Source of the DNA: Lama guanicoe
Lineage: Eukaryota
Reading direction: 5' to 3'
DNA length: 64,000 nucleotides
NCBI GenBank assembly: GCA_013239625.1
Contig: MU054662.1
Span: 13,815,798-13,879,797 of the forward strand
Part shown: positions 1-11,918 of the stretch, one piece after another
Position numbering within the stretch: the stretch's first letter is position 1
Layout: each line of letters begins with the position of its first letter
The notes under the pieces: generated by a model
Told to the model about the DNA's origin: nothing
Database searches by the model: none
The model's input: the letters and a program-made list of their open reading frames with translations, nothing else
Made by a program: the position numbers and the translations under genes

Positions 1-2160
1 CGGCTGAGTTCAATCCCAGCCCCATTTCAGTTTACACGTTTCCTCGGAATGCAATTTCCTCTCCTGGCTATTGGATTCCTTCAGGGCCTTGTAACTGATG
101 AGTGGAGGCCACCAGGAGGGGGGATGGGAGGGGATGGGGGAGCTGGGCCAGTGACCCGGCGTCCACAGCACGCCACGTCCTCAGGGCACCGTCTAGAAAA
201 GCCACAGAACACGTGGGTTTCCCGCGGCCAGGGGACCTCAGGAGAGGGGCAGCGCAGGCCTCACGTGACGCAGGCCCCCACGCTGGAGTGCCTGCTGCCC
301 CCGGGCTCCCCCATAAACCACCACTCCTCAGTCAAACTGATTTTTTAAATCATTCACCTTCTTGCCCGTTCCCATGAGTAGAATTAGGGGCCCATTATCT
401 TGTCCTCAGCCCGTAGGCACCTGGGGCCCCAGCCAATGAGCAGACTGGGGTTCACTGCTTCCAGGTATTTCTGACTGAAGCTCAGTTGAGCCCCAAGTGG
501 GCAGGGGGTTGTCGAGAAGAGGATGTTCTTCGCAGGACCCGGGAACCTGAGCTGTGACCGGGGGGAGGGGTCGGCTGTGGCCACCTCCCCCGTCCGGCTC
601 CAGGGCTGCTGGCGGCAGCAGGAACCGTCGCCCTGGGTGGCAGGTGCTGGGCCAGCTGGCCAGGCAGGCCGAGAGGGCCAGCGCCTTTTATATTTTCCTG
701 CTCAGTGACGCCTTCGGCCAGCCTGTCTCCAGGAGACGAGTGAGGCCGGGACAAATCCCCGCACCTGCTGGGCTTCCTGGCGGAGGCTTAAGACCTTCCC
801 CCGTCCGGTCGGCTTTACCCAAGACTGGGTTCCTGCCAAGGAGGTCTTGCTGAACCACTGCAAGTCTGCGTGGGGCTGCTGTGTGCACTACTGTACTTTA
901 TTTTATCTCATTTTCAGTGGAGAGTAAGCTCTAGACGACTCCAGCCTTGGTATAATCCAGACTGAATCACGTTAAAAGCAGCAGCAAAATCCGACCCAGG
1001 AGCACCTCTGATGGTAACTGGTGCCTGATAACTGATTTTGAGAGAGCAAATTACACTTAGGCTGAAACACAGGGTTTGAAGAGAGAGATGGAGGGAGGAC
1101 CGTAAACATTAAGTGATCTCCTTCAGGAAGCCGAGAAACACTTCTCGAGTCCCTGCAGGAGAAATCGTACAGGCTCTCCAAAAAGGCACTGAGGCCAGGA
1201 AGAGAAGCAGCTACTCAGAGGCAAAGACGGTCCTCCAGCAAGTGCCAGCCCGATTGGATTGGTACTGTCTGCCTCCAGGATGCAAGGGAGCGATGAGAAG
1301 GATTAACTAGTGATGTCTGCAGCTGGCATGGCCAGAGAGGTATGGGCGCACGTGCAATGGGCTGCTCTGCTGCAGGGGCTGCCCACAAGTTTGGTGCCAC
1401 AGGGATCATCACGTCCTTCTCTGGAGCTGCTGAGCTCCGTTTGTGGCTTTGATAGAGGAAGAAGCCCACAGAGAGGTCTCAGAGGTCTTCGGGATTGTGT
1501 TCATCCGGGCCCATCAGCTGTCACGGGCCCTTCGAGGCATAGAACGAGCTGGTCCCATCACCCTCCGTAAAGCCCAGGGCCCCAGGGAAGGACCCGCCAC
1601 CACAGCCCCTGTGTCTTTGTCATCATGCGGCAGGATGAACTCGTGATTGCCTTTACTTCCGCACCTAAGGTATTGCCATAAGGTGAGATCCAGGCCTGCC
1701 TGCTCTGTGCTGCGTATTTTGCCCCCAGCGTTGTGTTTCTCTGCCCAGTTGCCTTGACTGTTTCCACGGACAGGCTCTGGGAAGGTGAGTGCGGGACGTC
1801 TGTCTAAGCACAAAGGAGGAAATGTGGCTTCCCTCGGTCCCCTTGTGTAACTGGCTACAGACTGCCCTCAGGCAGCCACCACGTGTTCCGGCAACTTGGC
1901 CGGAAGCAGGAAGGACAGTCTTACAGTTCTTGGAGGCACCACGTTCTGCCGGCCCCTCAGTGCGGTGGAAGCCAGGGCAGCCCAAGCAACCTCTCCGCAG
2001 TGACGACAACGCCTGAGCCAGAATCCGGGGCCACCAGCTGCACGTGGAGACTGAGCACTTGACACGCGGCTGGAGCCGCTGAGAAACTGACGTTTTCATG
2101 CTAGCTGATGCAGTTAACCAGAAGGACTCGAGTAACTGCGTGGCAAGTGGCTCCCCTGCA

Positions 2161-2345
2161 CAGTGTTTCTCGAGTCCTCGCATGGATCAGAATCACCAGG
2201 GAGCTGTCGATGCATAACCCCCGGGTCCCCCAGCCAGACATCCTGACTCAGTGGGTCTGCGTGTGACGTGAGAACTTGCATCTCTAACAGCCCCGGACGA
2301 CACCACTGGGGCGGACACAAGGACCTGGCTTTGAGCTGCCGCAGC
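2161..2345. mobile_element. MER5A-like hAT-Charlie MITE remnant
   Basis: Starts CAGTGTTTCTCGAG..GCATGGATCAGAATCACCAGGGAG, has internal CTGACTCAGTGGGTCTG and GAGAACTTGCATCTCTAACAG, and ends ..CTTTGAG. This is colinear with the MER5A consensus as I recall it. Confidence 0.8.
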
Positions 2346-2855
2346 AGAGAAGGCTGGGCTTGCGTGGCTCAGTGGCCAGCACTCAGGACAGCAGCGCCTC
2401 ATGCAGGACAGGGTGACGACTGCAGAGATCACTGGTGGTGACACCTGGGGGCAGGGGTCCGCCGGCGTCTGCTGTGTAGAGATCAGGGGTGCCGTACGTG
2501 TCCCGTGGATGGGACAGCACCCCCACTATCAGCGAAGCATCACACAGTTCCGCATCCCTGTGTGCCAGCGCTGGGACCTGCTCCCTGCACAAGCCTGCCA
2601 GGCTCTGGCCGCTATGGCGGCTGCGGTGACATCGTTTCTATTCAACGTCACCCTGCAGCCTTGACCAAGCATCAGAACACTGGTGCTGCCCTGCTGCCCT
2701 GAGATGGCTCCAAGCTGGGGGTTGAAGCCGGCAGTGGAGTCTGGCACAGGTCTTCCCCCAGCTTCCACAGTGGGAGAGAGGGCCAGTGTGGGTCAGGGCG
2801 CCCGGTCCCCACGGGAGCGCTTGTGGGCAGACAGATGGAGGACGCTGCAGGCAAA

Positions 2856-2946
2856 AGCTGGCTTCCAGGGGTTGCAAAGCCCTCTTCCCTTTGTCAACAC
2901 CGGCTCTACCTCCACCCGCTTCCCCTGGACCTACAGCTTCCCGAGG
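2856..2946 (+). repeat. 91-bp dispersed direct repeat, copy 1 (copy 2 at 4444-4534)
   Basis: AGCTGGCTTCCAGGGGTTGCAAAGCCC...CTACAGCTTCCCGAGG. Hand alignment gives 5 mismatches in 91 bp and no indels. Confidence 0.95.
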
Positions 2947-4443
2947 GAGGCACTACCCTGAGAAGTGCTTCAGGAACTAAAACAGGGGAGAAGGACCCAG
3001 AAGGGCCAAGGTTTCCGTTATTCTCCCGAAGAACAGCGTCTGCACCTCTGGGTGGACGAGCCCCTCGGCAGCTCTCATACCCCTAGGGCTCCAGCTGTCA
3101 GACGGGAACCTCCCGGAGAGCAGAGAAGGTGCCTGGAGCCGAGGGGTGTGAGGTCAGCACAGGTGGCCCCGAGCAGCCCTGTGCCTCCCACACAGGAAGG
3201 GGCGTGAGATGCAGGCCCCCTGGGCACCGCTGTCCGCCCGAGCTGTCCTTACCGCAGGGCTTAGAACCACTCAGCGCTCCACCCCATCACCGCTACATTC
3301 TCGCCTCCTCCCTCACAGACAGCAACGTCCAGGGGCCTCTGTGTTTCTGGCCCTGAGGGTCTGGAATGACCCCAGGCCGTGCCTCTGGGCTCTGAAGCCT
3401 CGCCCAGTCTTGCCCTTCTCCAGTTTGAAGCCCCAAACTCCAAGGGAGACACAGGAACCGCCAAACGCACGGAAGCCCCCGAGTCCAGAGGCCCCGGCTC
3501 CCGTTTCCCACCCTCCACCCCCTGGCCTGGCTGGTGAGTCACAGACGGGAGAGCAGACGGAGCCAACCTCACAGTGACACTGCCCCTCCGTCATTTCTGT
3601 CGGAAATGAGAATCAGAACTCATTCGGCAAGGACTGTCACGGCCCGACCCCACTGTCCGTTTTTAGACCCGAAACCTCGTGACGATGCTCAGAAGGCTCC
3701 CTTGATGCAGCTGCTGCCCGGTCACACTCGTCCACCCGCGCAGCGAGGGGCGGGCTGTCGACCGCGCGGCAGTGCAGGCACAAGGGGACGGGCTCAGGCG
3801 AGGAAGGAGTCCTGTCCTCTGGACAACCAACCGAGGAGCAGCGGTGGGTACCCCCAGGGGCACCCGGGTCCCCAGGGCACTGAGGCCTCATGCTCTCCAG
3901 CCCTTTTCGCAGCTTCCTGAGCCCTCGCTCTCCTTCCTGTGCTGCTGGGGGAAGAGAGCACAGCTGTCGGTCTGACTCGGCTCCCGGGTCTGGAGCAGGG
4001 AGCTTGGCCTCCCAGGGAATCAGACACTCACCCACAAGCCGGGGCATTACCTCAGCCATCATGGGCGTTCGGCCGCCGCTGAGTCTGTTAGTACAGCGTC
4101 CACGCCCCGGGGCCACAGCAACCAGACCAGAGGCCTCCAGGTGTCTGGGCGGGAGTGAGGCCTGCAGGCGGGAGGCCACACCTGCCTCCATCACCCAAGG
4201 CCTGAAGGGAACTCAGGTTGCTGCACACGATGATCCAGAGGAAGCCGTTACAGAACGTCATTTTTACACTTTGTCTGGTGAGCGGTGACCTGTGCGAGTC
4301 TGGTGACCTGATCTCACAATCACACAACCCAGATTCCCTGCGAGCCAGTCAGACTGACGCTGTGGCCTCAGCCACGTCACACTCGCGGCGATCAGAGCGG
4401 ACATGGGATGGGACGACCCCTCTGAACGTGCCCTCCAGGGCAG

Positions 4444-4534
4444 AGCTGGCTTCCAGGGGTTGCAAAGCCCTCTCCCCTTTGTTAACACCGGGTCTACCCC
4501 CACCCGCTTCCCCCGGACCTACAGCTTCCCGAGG
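4444..4534 (+). repeat. 91-bp dispersed direct repeat, copy 2
   Basis: Same sequence as 2856-2946 at about 94.5% identity. Confidence 0.95.
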
Positions 4535-5399
4535 TCAGAGCGGCGTGGGTGAGGGTACGGAGCCCCCAGATGTGCAGCCGGGGGTCATTCTGGACCCTCA
4601 GGACTAGAGACGCAAGGCGGCTCACAGCTTGTGGATGCACAGGGCTGAGGCCACCAGACGGGGAAGATGGAGCCTGAGTGAACTCAGAGGCCCCTGGATG
4701 ACCAGACGCCACGTGGGGGCACAGGGAGGGCACAGGAGACGCCGGGACAGCCCAGGGCCCAGGAGTGAAACGGAGAACCTGAAGGAGCTTCAGGGGTGCG
4801 GGTGGTGGTGAGGGCCGGGCTGGGGCTACCCCGAGGGCAGTGAGGGACGCGGCATCCCGGCCGAGGGGTGGGTGACTCACACTGTTTCCAGGACTGTGTG
4901 ACATGGACGGGCCCACTGCTGGGGCAGACGCACACTTCAGACAAGAGCCCCTGAGCCATGGACACCCTGCTCTGTTGGTTCCCAGCCTGAAGGCTGTACG
5001 CCCGGCCAGCCGGCAGCGGTAAGCAGCTGAGGAGGGGCTGCAGGCTGGAACCCGGCCCCTCCCGCGCTGTCTGGCCTCCAGTGTTCTAAGTTATGTAGCT
5101 GTCTTCATCTATTATTCAGCATAATTTATTTTGGACATTTGCATCAGCAGTTTATACAAAGTAAACTAGATGCCAAAAGGAGGACAGAATTAAAATGGAC
5201 CTGTGGACACGCGGAGCGGTGAGGTGGGGGTGTTAGGCAGGAGGGCGTGCCGTCATTAATCAGACAGGCAGGGCGGTGCAGGAGGAGACAAGGGCGGGGC
5301 CGAGGGACAGGGTGTGAGAGCGCCTTCAGCACCCTGGGCCAGCCTCACGTCCCCGGAGACGGCCGGGCTCCCCCCTCCCTCAGAACCACAAACATCGGG

Positions 5400-5940
5400 G
5401 CAAAGGGCAGGGTCCTTGGGCAGAGCTGGTGCCGGCGGGAGTGAGGGGTGGGCCTCCCTGGGTGGGGAGACGGCTCGGGGCCCACCCGCCCGCCCGCATG
5501 GGGCTCCAGACCAGGCCCGACTCTGGAAGCGAGTTCTCGGCCCTGCGAGGTCAGCCAGCACGTGACCTGACCACCGTCCCTGCTCGCCGCCCGCCCGGTG
5601 CAGGAGCGTCTCGGGCAAGAGCCTGCTGCGCAGGAGGGTCTGCGGCTGGTTCTGGGGCGCCAGCAAGGCGGCCTGAAGGGAGCAGGGGCAGGGAGGAGGG
5701 GAGGACGACGCGTTCTGTCCGGCCCGGCCGCGGTCGCCTCTGGGAGAAGCAGCATTTCTGCGGCTTTGCTTACTTGTTTGTCTTTCCTGCTCGAAGCCTC
5801 CGATCCTCCCCCCAATCATGTCTCGTAGAAACGACAGACTGAAGGGAGAAGGACCCAGAGTCAGGAAACCACGGAGACGGGTCGGGGGCGGGAGCCGCAC
5901 GGGGGAGGCGCTTCAAGAAAGAAACGGCGGCTATTTTTCA
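5400..5940. promoter_or_regulatory. CpG-island-like segment
   Basis: About 45 CpGs in 540 bp by hand count, roughly two-thirds GC, with GC boxes (CCCGCC, GGGGCGGG). No linked gene is identified. Confidence 0.45.
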
Positions 5941-7576
5941 GCAGAATCAATGGAAGGTTTTGTTTTGTGTTTCTGAAACCTGCAGGGAAGGCCTGCAGAC
6001 AGTTACGAAGTACAAGTTTTTCTGTAGCGGAAAGAAAGATGTTTCCATTGTTTAAAAAAAAAAAGGACCCCTGCTCCCCACACACCCGCTTACTTACAGG
6101 GCCAGGAACTGGCCTAAAATTGAGCCTCCTGGTTGCTAACTCGCGCTCGCCCTCTCGATTTTGAAGGCTGTCTCCTCACATCTGACCCACCCGCTCCTGC
6201 CCTGAGCGGCCAAGTGTTAAGCCAGAGCAGCACCAAGGGAGCCAGTGCACTGCAGTTGCAGGCCCTGGTCTTGCCCACGCGTGCTGCAGGGGGCGGGGGG
6301 CAGCAGGAGGGAGCTTCGCCCTCGTTTGCAAGAGCTGCCCGGCTGAGATAACGCTCAAGATGAAAACGAAAAGGTCCAGCGCTTGTAATCCTCCTGCAGC
6401 TGCTCACTTCGGGTCGAGATGCGGTAGCGGCCTTTGCCATCAGCCCCTGAGCCAAGCGCGGCCGGAGGTGGTTTCTGATGTCCCGGGCATGGCTGAGCGG
6501 GTCACTGCGCTGAGTCCTAGGGAAGCTGGACCAGAGGAAGACGACACGGCGCCCAGGCTCCTCCGTGTATGCGGCCTCTGGGAGGCCTGAAGCTGGGCCT
6601 GGATGGAGACGGCGGCGCCTCGGCCCAACTCACTGCCGCTCGGCGCCCGGGAAGGGCAGCTGGTGGGCTTGTTCCCGGTGCTCCAGCCTGTCACCACACA
6701 ACTCGTCACGAGTCCCAGGGACGCACATTATCCCCCAGCTCAGAGCGCCTGGCCCAGGCACCCTCCAAGAGACCGAGCCTGCCGGAAAGCCCTCCGCCTC
6801 CCCGAAGCCAGCCTGGGCCCCGCGAGGAGCCGACCCAGCAGGCACTGACCCAGCCCCAGGCGCGCCCCCACCGGCCACCGGCCTGCCCTCGGCCTGGGTC
6901 TCCCCTGCTCGGGAAGGAAGCGGCTTTTTCTTTTGCTGTAAAATTACAAATAAAACCAAACTGGCTTTGAGCATATTACTGATACCAGATGGTTTCATAA
7001 AATGTAAATAGAGCAATAAAGATACAAACGGAGCCCTCCCGGTAATTAGCTCTTGATTTACACAGTCCAGAGAGAACTGGATCCAGGGCTGAATCCCGCA
7101 CGCGAGGCGCTGATCCTGCTCCCTCATTCCTCTGGGCTCCGCCCCGACGGCTTTCCCATCGCTCTTCCCGGACCCCCCATCCCAAGCTCGAGGCCCTTCT
7201 AAGTTCCATGGAAACAAACGGCCGAGCCGTCTCTCCTGGCCGTGTCAACAGGCTGCCTAATTAGCACAGCCGTGAGGTGCTCGGGGGACAGGAACTACTC
7301 CTAAACACACATTATTCTTCTTATAATCAAGACGCAGTGATGATAATTCAGTTTGCTGGGCCATCTTCACGGTAGCAAGTATTCTCTCATTTATTTGGCA
7401 ATCATGCGCTTTGCTATTCATGGCTGGAAAATATTCTTTGATGCCAAAGTCAGGTCACTGTATAAAGCGAACTGAGTACAGATACTCTGATTTCTAGGCT
7501 CACCCGTGTTCAGGAAGATCCGTGAAACCACGGTAACAGGAAAACCACAGAAGCTCTGATTCCACTCCACCAGCCC

Positions 7577-7780
7577 GTGGAGTCTCCAGATCCAAATGCC
7601 GGCTCTTCTGCTCACTGACCAGGCGACCCTGGCCACCCACCCGGCTCCTCCGGGCCTCAGCGTCCCCATCTTTGGGGTGAAGACAGCAGTCTCAGCTTCC
7701 TCCACGGGATGACCGTGTGAATGAGATGAGTTTACCCAAGAAAAGCAGGCAAACCAGGGCCCAGCAACGTAACACGTGTC
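7577..7780 (+). mobile_element. MIR SINE (degenerate)
   Basis: MIR core-like ..GCCTCAGCGTCCCCATCTTTGGGGTGAAGACAGCAG..GTGAATGAGATGAG. Confidence 0.65.
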
Positions 7781-7910
7781 CTGGGAGTGTGACCGCGGCC
7801 ACAGGGCATTTTGACGGAGCAACTGTCACCTCTCTGAGGTCAGCATAAGAAAGACAGCCCGATGTTACAGCAGATAGAGTAAACATTTTTATAAGGCGGA
7901 GTTTCGTATG

Positions 7911-8015
7911 TTTTTTTAAAATTTAAGTACAGCCAGTTACGATGTGCCAGTTTCCGGTGCACAGCATCCTGTCCCGGTCGCGCACGCACAGACACGTACT
8001 CGCCTTCATGTTCAA
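7911..8015 (-). mobile_element. Short L1 3' end (camelid type)
   Basis: Poly-T, then AAGTACAGCCAGTTACGATGTGCCAGTTTCCGGTGCACAGCA. Homologous to the L1 ends at 19983-20437, 31456-31670 and 35667-35840. Confidence 0.75.
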
Positions 8016-8075
8016 GTTCCACATCTTCATCAGGCATAAGGACAGAGCAATGGGAAGCAGGACGGGAGTGTCCTC

Positions 8076-8290
8076 TAATAATAACAGCAAGTAGCACTTG
8101 TGTCCGTAACAGATACCAAATGTTCTTCGAAGAGCTTTTCATGCAAAGTCACTGTATCCACAGTCAGCCCTATGAAGCAGGCATTACTGGGACTGACATT
8201 CTACAGACAAGGAACCTGGACAGAGAGGTTAAGTTACTTGCACCAGGTTGCACAGCAGTTAAGTGGCAAAGCTGGGATCTGAGACTTTCT
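8076..8290 (-). mobile_element. MIR SINE
   Basis: CATTCTACAGACAAGGAACCTGGACAGAGAGGTTAAGTTACTTGCACCAGGTTGCACAGC..AAGTGGCAAAGCTGGGAT matches the reverse MIR core. Confidence 0.8.
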
Positions 8291-11200
8291 GGGTTGCTCA
8301 CAGAGCCCTCCGAGAGTAGGAGGGTTAGGCTGAGGGACAGACAGATCTGATGCACCTGAAATTCTTTACCAACCTTATGGTTCCTTCAACAAATGCTTCC
8401 GAATCTCCACCCCTCTCTCCCCCCAGCCCACCCCACCCACACGCCGGTCAGGCAGGCACTGGGATGGACCCGAGGGTGGACAGTCATCTCGGCAGGGGTG
8501 ACTCTCGCCCTGGAGAGCCGCAGTCTTCGGTTCTAAAATGCTGCCGTCTGTGTGTCCACTGCAGCCCAGACAAAGCCCCCTTCCCTGTACACCTGAAGGG
8601 TGATTGTCGAGAAAAGCCACCGAGGACAAATGCCCAACCCCACTTCCTTGTGCCCTCTCTGGCCGCGGCGGTGATGTAGGTCAATCGTGTGTGACATTTG
8701 AATGTCTAGATTAAATGTCTGGAGTCCATTACCTTCTCCATCACTACTAACGTCAAGCTAACGGGACCGATTCAGTTCCCTCCGTGGCTGGAGCTTGTGA
8801 GGGCATCGGACCAGTGAAGGGGAGGGGAGGGAGCAGGCCTGGGTCCACGGCCACCAGGGCCCAGAGCAGCCGGCACCCGCCAGGCCGTGAACGGCGGCAG
8901 CATGGCTCACATCCAGGGACGCCCCGGAGTCCCACCCCACTTAGACATTCATAACTCAGTACATCCTGTCGTGATCCAATCTCAGTGGCATGGAGAGCGA
9001 TCCCGAATACATTTCATTTTATCAATTCCAGTTAGATTATGACATCGAGGAGAAGAGATTTACCTTGGCTGGTCTGCCTGTCAGCCCAAACCCGTGCCAC
9101 GGACCTGCCGTGTGTGCGGCGGGTGCGCTCCCCACGAGCCCTCCCCACCCTGACTCTGCTCGCCCCCTCTGCTGCCGCCTTGCAGACGCCCCCCAGGGTC
9201 CCCGGCACTCGGGGGAGCAGCCTGGGTCACACTGACGGGACCCCGCCACCCGGCTGCACCCGCACGTCTCCCCGAGGCCCTCTTGGAGACGCGCTCTTCC
9301 TCTGACACCTCAGCACATAAATCACCTGTCAGCTGCACCCACGTATCTCCGCTCTCGTGACTTTATGAGATCATCACCACTAATAGGATGTTGAAATTCA
9401 TAAATGCGTCTGTTTCCAATAATAGGCCTGTGTACTCCATCGCCCAGTTTGAAAAGAGAGGTTTTTGCTGGGACACGAACCCCACCCGTCTAGAGGGGGC
9501 ACCTGCCTTTCTTGAACTGGAGGGGTGATTCTTGAACAGGAGAGGCAGCTGAGATCTTTAATACTGAAAGTTTAAATAGATCGGTGGCTGTCAAGTTCAG
9601 CCAGCAAGCTGAGAATTGCTGGGAAAATCACAGGAGTTTAAAGCAAGGGGAGAAGGAAAGGCAGGCCCACGCCCCACCGCCCCCACCTAGCCTGGGTCGC
9701 CTGCAGTTTGTCTGCGAGTCCCGCCCCCACCAGCATGAAGGGCGGCTGCACAGCCAAGCCAGACAGTAGCCAGGAGGCCACCTGCCTCCCAGACAGCTTT
9801 CTCCTCCTCACAAGGAGCAGCGGGCACAGCTGTATCAGGAACCAGGGGAAAAACGAAGCCACCTCTCCGTCTGAGACTTCCCCACGTGCAGGAGCTGGCT
9901 TTGTGGCCACTGCAAGGGGAAGCTGGGTCAGGCTCCCGCCCAGGGAGCCGCATGCCCTGGGTCCGTTTCCTGCTGGACCCTGGGGACTGAGCCTGGAGAG
10001 CGGGGCTGGGGGCTCCTCAGGGCCTTAGCTGAGGCTCTCATCTTTACGAGGGGACCTCCGCCCTCAGATGGGAGGGACCCCGTTCGTTGATTACAGTAAT
10101 GGCTCGGAGTCAGCGCCGTGAAGCCTGATACGCACATTCTGCCATGAGAACAGCGCATCGGTGACTCTTACCCCCACAATTGAGGCTCCCGCTCCCACAG
10201 TCACTGTGGGGACAGCGCGGTTCAGGCCAGTCACCGGCACGGCACACCTTGTGTGAACACTTCCAGACGGACGGCAGCCTGCCCCTCCCAGGAGCACTTG
10301 GAGGCGAGCATGGCCACACTGCCACCCCCGGTGTACCAGCTGAAGCAGCCCTGGGGAGCTCTGGACGCCGAAGTGGGACAGGTTAACCTGGGGCAGCTCC
10401 CCCAGCACCACGCAGAGGGAAACAGGACCAGAGCCCAGGTTTTCTGGTTCTGAGTCCGCTTCCCTTCCCACTAGACCCCAGGGAAGCAGAATCTCAGGCA
10501 GGAGTTTCAAGTTCATTCAGAGTCCACTCCGGGAGGGGCCGGCCTGAGCTGCCCACTGGTGCCCAGCAGGGCCCGCAGGTGTGTGCAGAGCCGAGGGCGC
10601 ACTGCCCTGCGAGGCCTCCCTTTCTGGGGGGGGGGTCCTGCTCCCTCCCTGGCCCTGGGCAGCCCCTCCTGCGGGCTTTGGCTGCCAGGCAGCCCTGGGG
10701 CCTCCCAAGAATTTATGGAGGGAGATTGGACCCAGCAGGGCCCCTCAGCACGAGCCCAGGAGGCTTCAGATGAAAGATGACGGCACCGCACACATGGAGG
10801 CTGTTTAAACCTGTCACTGTAAAATATCCCTTCTCTTCCGTCTCTGTCTCCGGCGGGGCCGGGTGAGCAGGCCCGGGAAGAGGAAATCGGGCTGAAGTGA
10901 CAGCCCTTAATTTCTGAAGCCAAATCTCTGCGTCTCGGCAGCCTTTTTATGTGCTGAGGTCTCAATTTAAAACCAAAGGGTCCCAGTGGCACCCCACAAT
11001 TCTCAGCTTTGCACCTCATGCCTGCTCTCTTTTTACAAGGAAAAAAAAACCCAGAAAGCCGAGAAAGGCTTCACGGAGGGGCTGCGCTGGGCCCAGGGCT
11101 GAAGGAGGGGCAGCAGAGGGCGCCCCAGGGACCCAGCGCTTAACCACTTTTCTTCTGTTCAAAGTCACTGCTACCAGGTGGCCCGGGCAAGGTCGGCCCC

Positions 11201-11863
11201 GGTTACAATGCATTTCCAACGGGAGGGCGGTTCCGAACGCAAAGCCTAGGGGAGGCTGAACCCAATTTTCTCACCTCGAAGGCCCTTCCTTGTTCTCATC
11301 TCTTCCAAGCAGCCCTCCCAGACCAGCCCCTCTCCAAGGCTCGGTCCTGCTGATGAATCCCAAAGCCCCTTCCCGGGCGCAGCTCACGCGTGAATACGTC
11401 GTTTCCTCGCTTCATAACACATATTCTCACCTGAGCCTCTAAGGCAGTGCCTTGACAACACTGATATTTCATAAAAATTCCCTGCTAAGATTTTTGCCCA
11501 GAATGGGGAAAAGAAGATCAATTCATGAGACCAGAAAAATAACACCTCGGGCTGCCGGGTTCCCACGGGGGTTTGGTTTTGGATTCCTGGTTTACTGATG
11601 GGGGCAGGGTCCCTGGGACAGGTGACTCATCCCTGCGTTCGGGGTCCCTCGTCAGAGGCTTAATTGTCTCACGGGCTGATTAGGAGTCAAAGTGAAATAA
11701 AAGAACCTGGAATCCATCTGCAAAGCGTGCTGCCCTTGGAGCCCTGTCGATGATCAGGACTCGGGGTGAGGAGAACACGAGGCTGGAAAGGAAACGACTC
11801 CAGGTGTGGACCCGACGAGGAATTCGGAAAGCTCACTCTTCGCTTCATTCCGTTTATACGTAG

Positions 11864-11918
11864 CACACACACACACACGTGCACACGCACACACAGGCGC
11901 GCACACGCACACACACGC
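11864..11918. repeat. Imperfect (CA)n/(CG) microsatellite
   Basis: CACACACACACACACGTGCACACGCACACACAGGCGCGCACACGCACACACACGCA. Confidence 0.9.

Noticed and set aside
1215-2183. Possible coding exon or processed pseudogene (protein-like stretches such as EEEAHREVSEVFGIVFIRAHQLSRAL)
   Set aside because: No family recognised in any frame, frequent stops, and no poly-A/TSD. A BLASTX search would be needed to exclude it fully.
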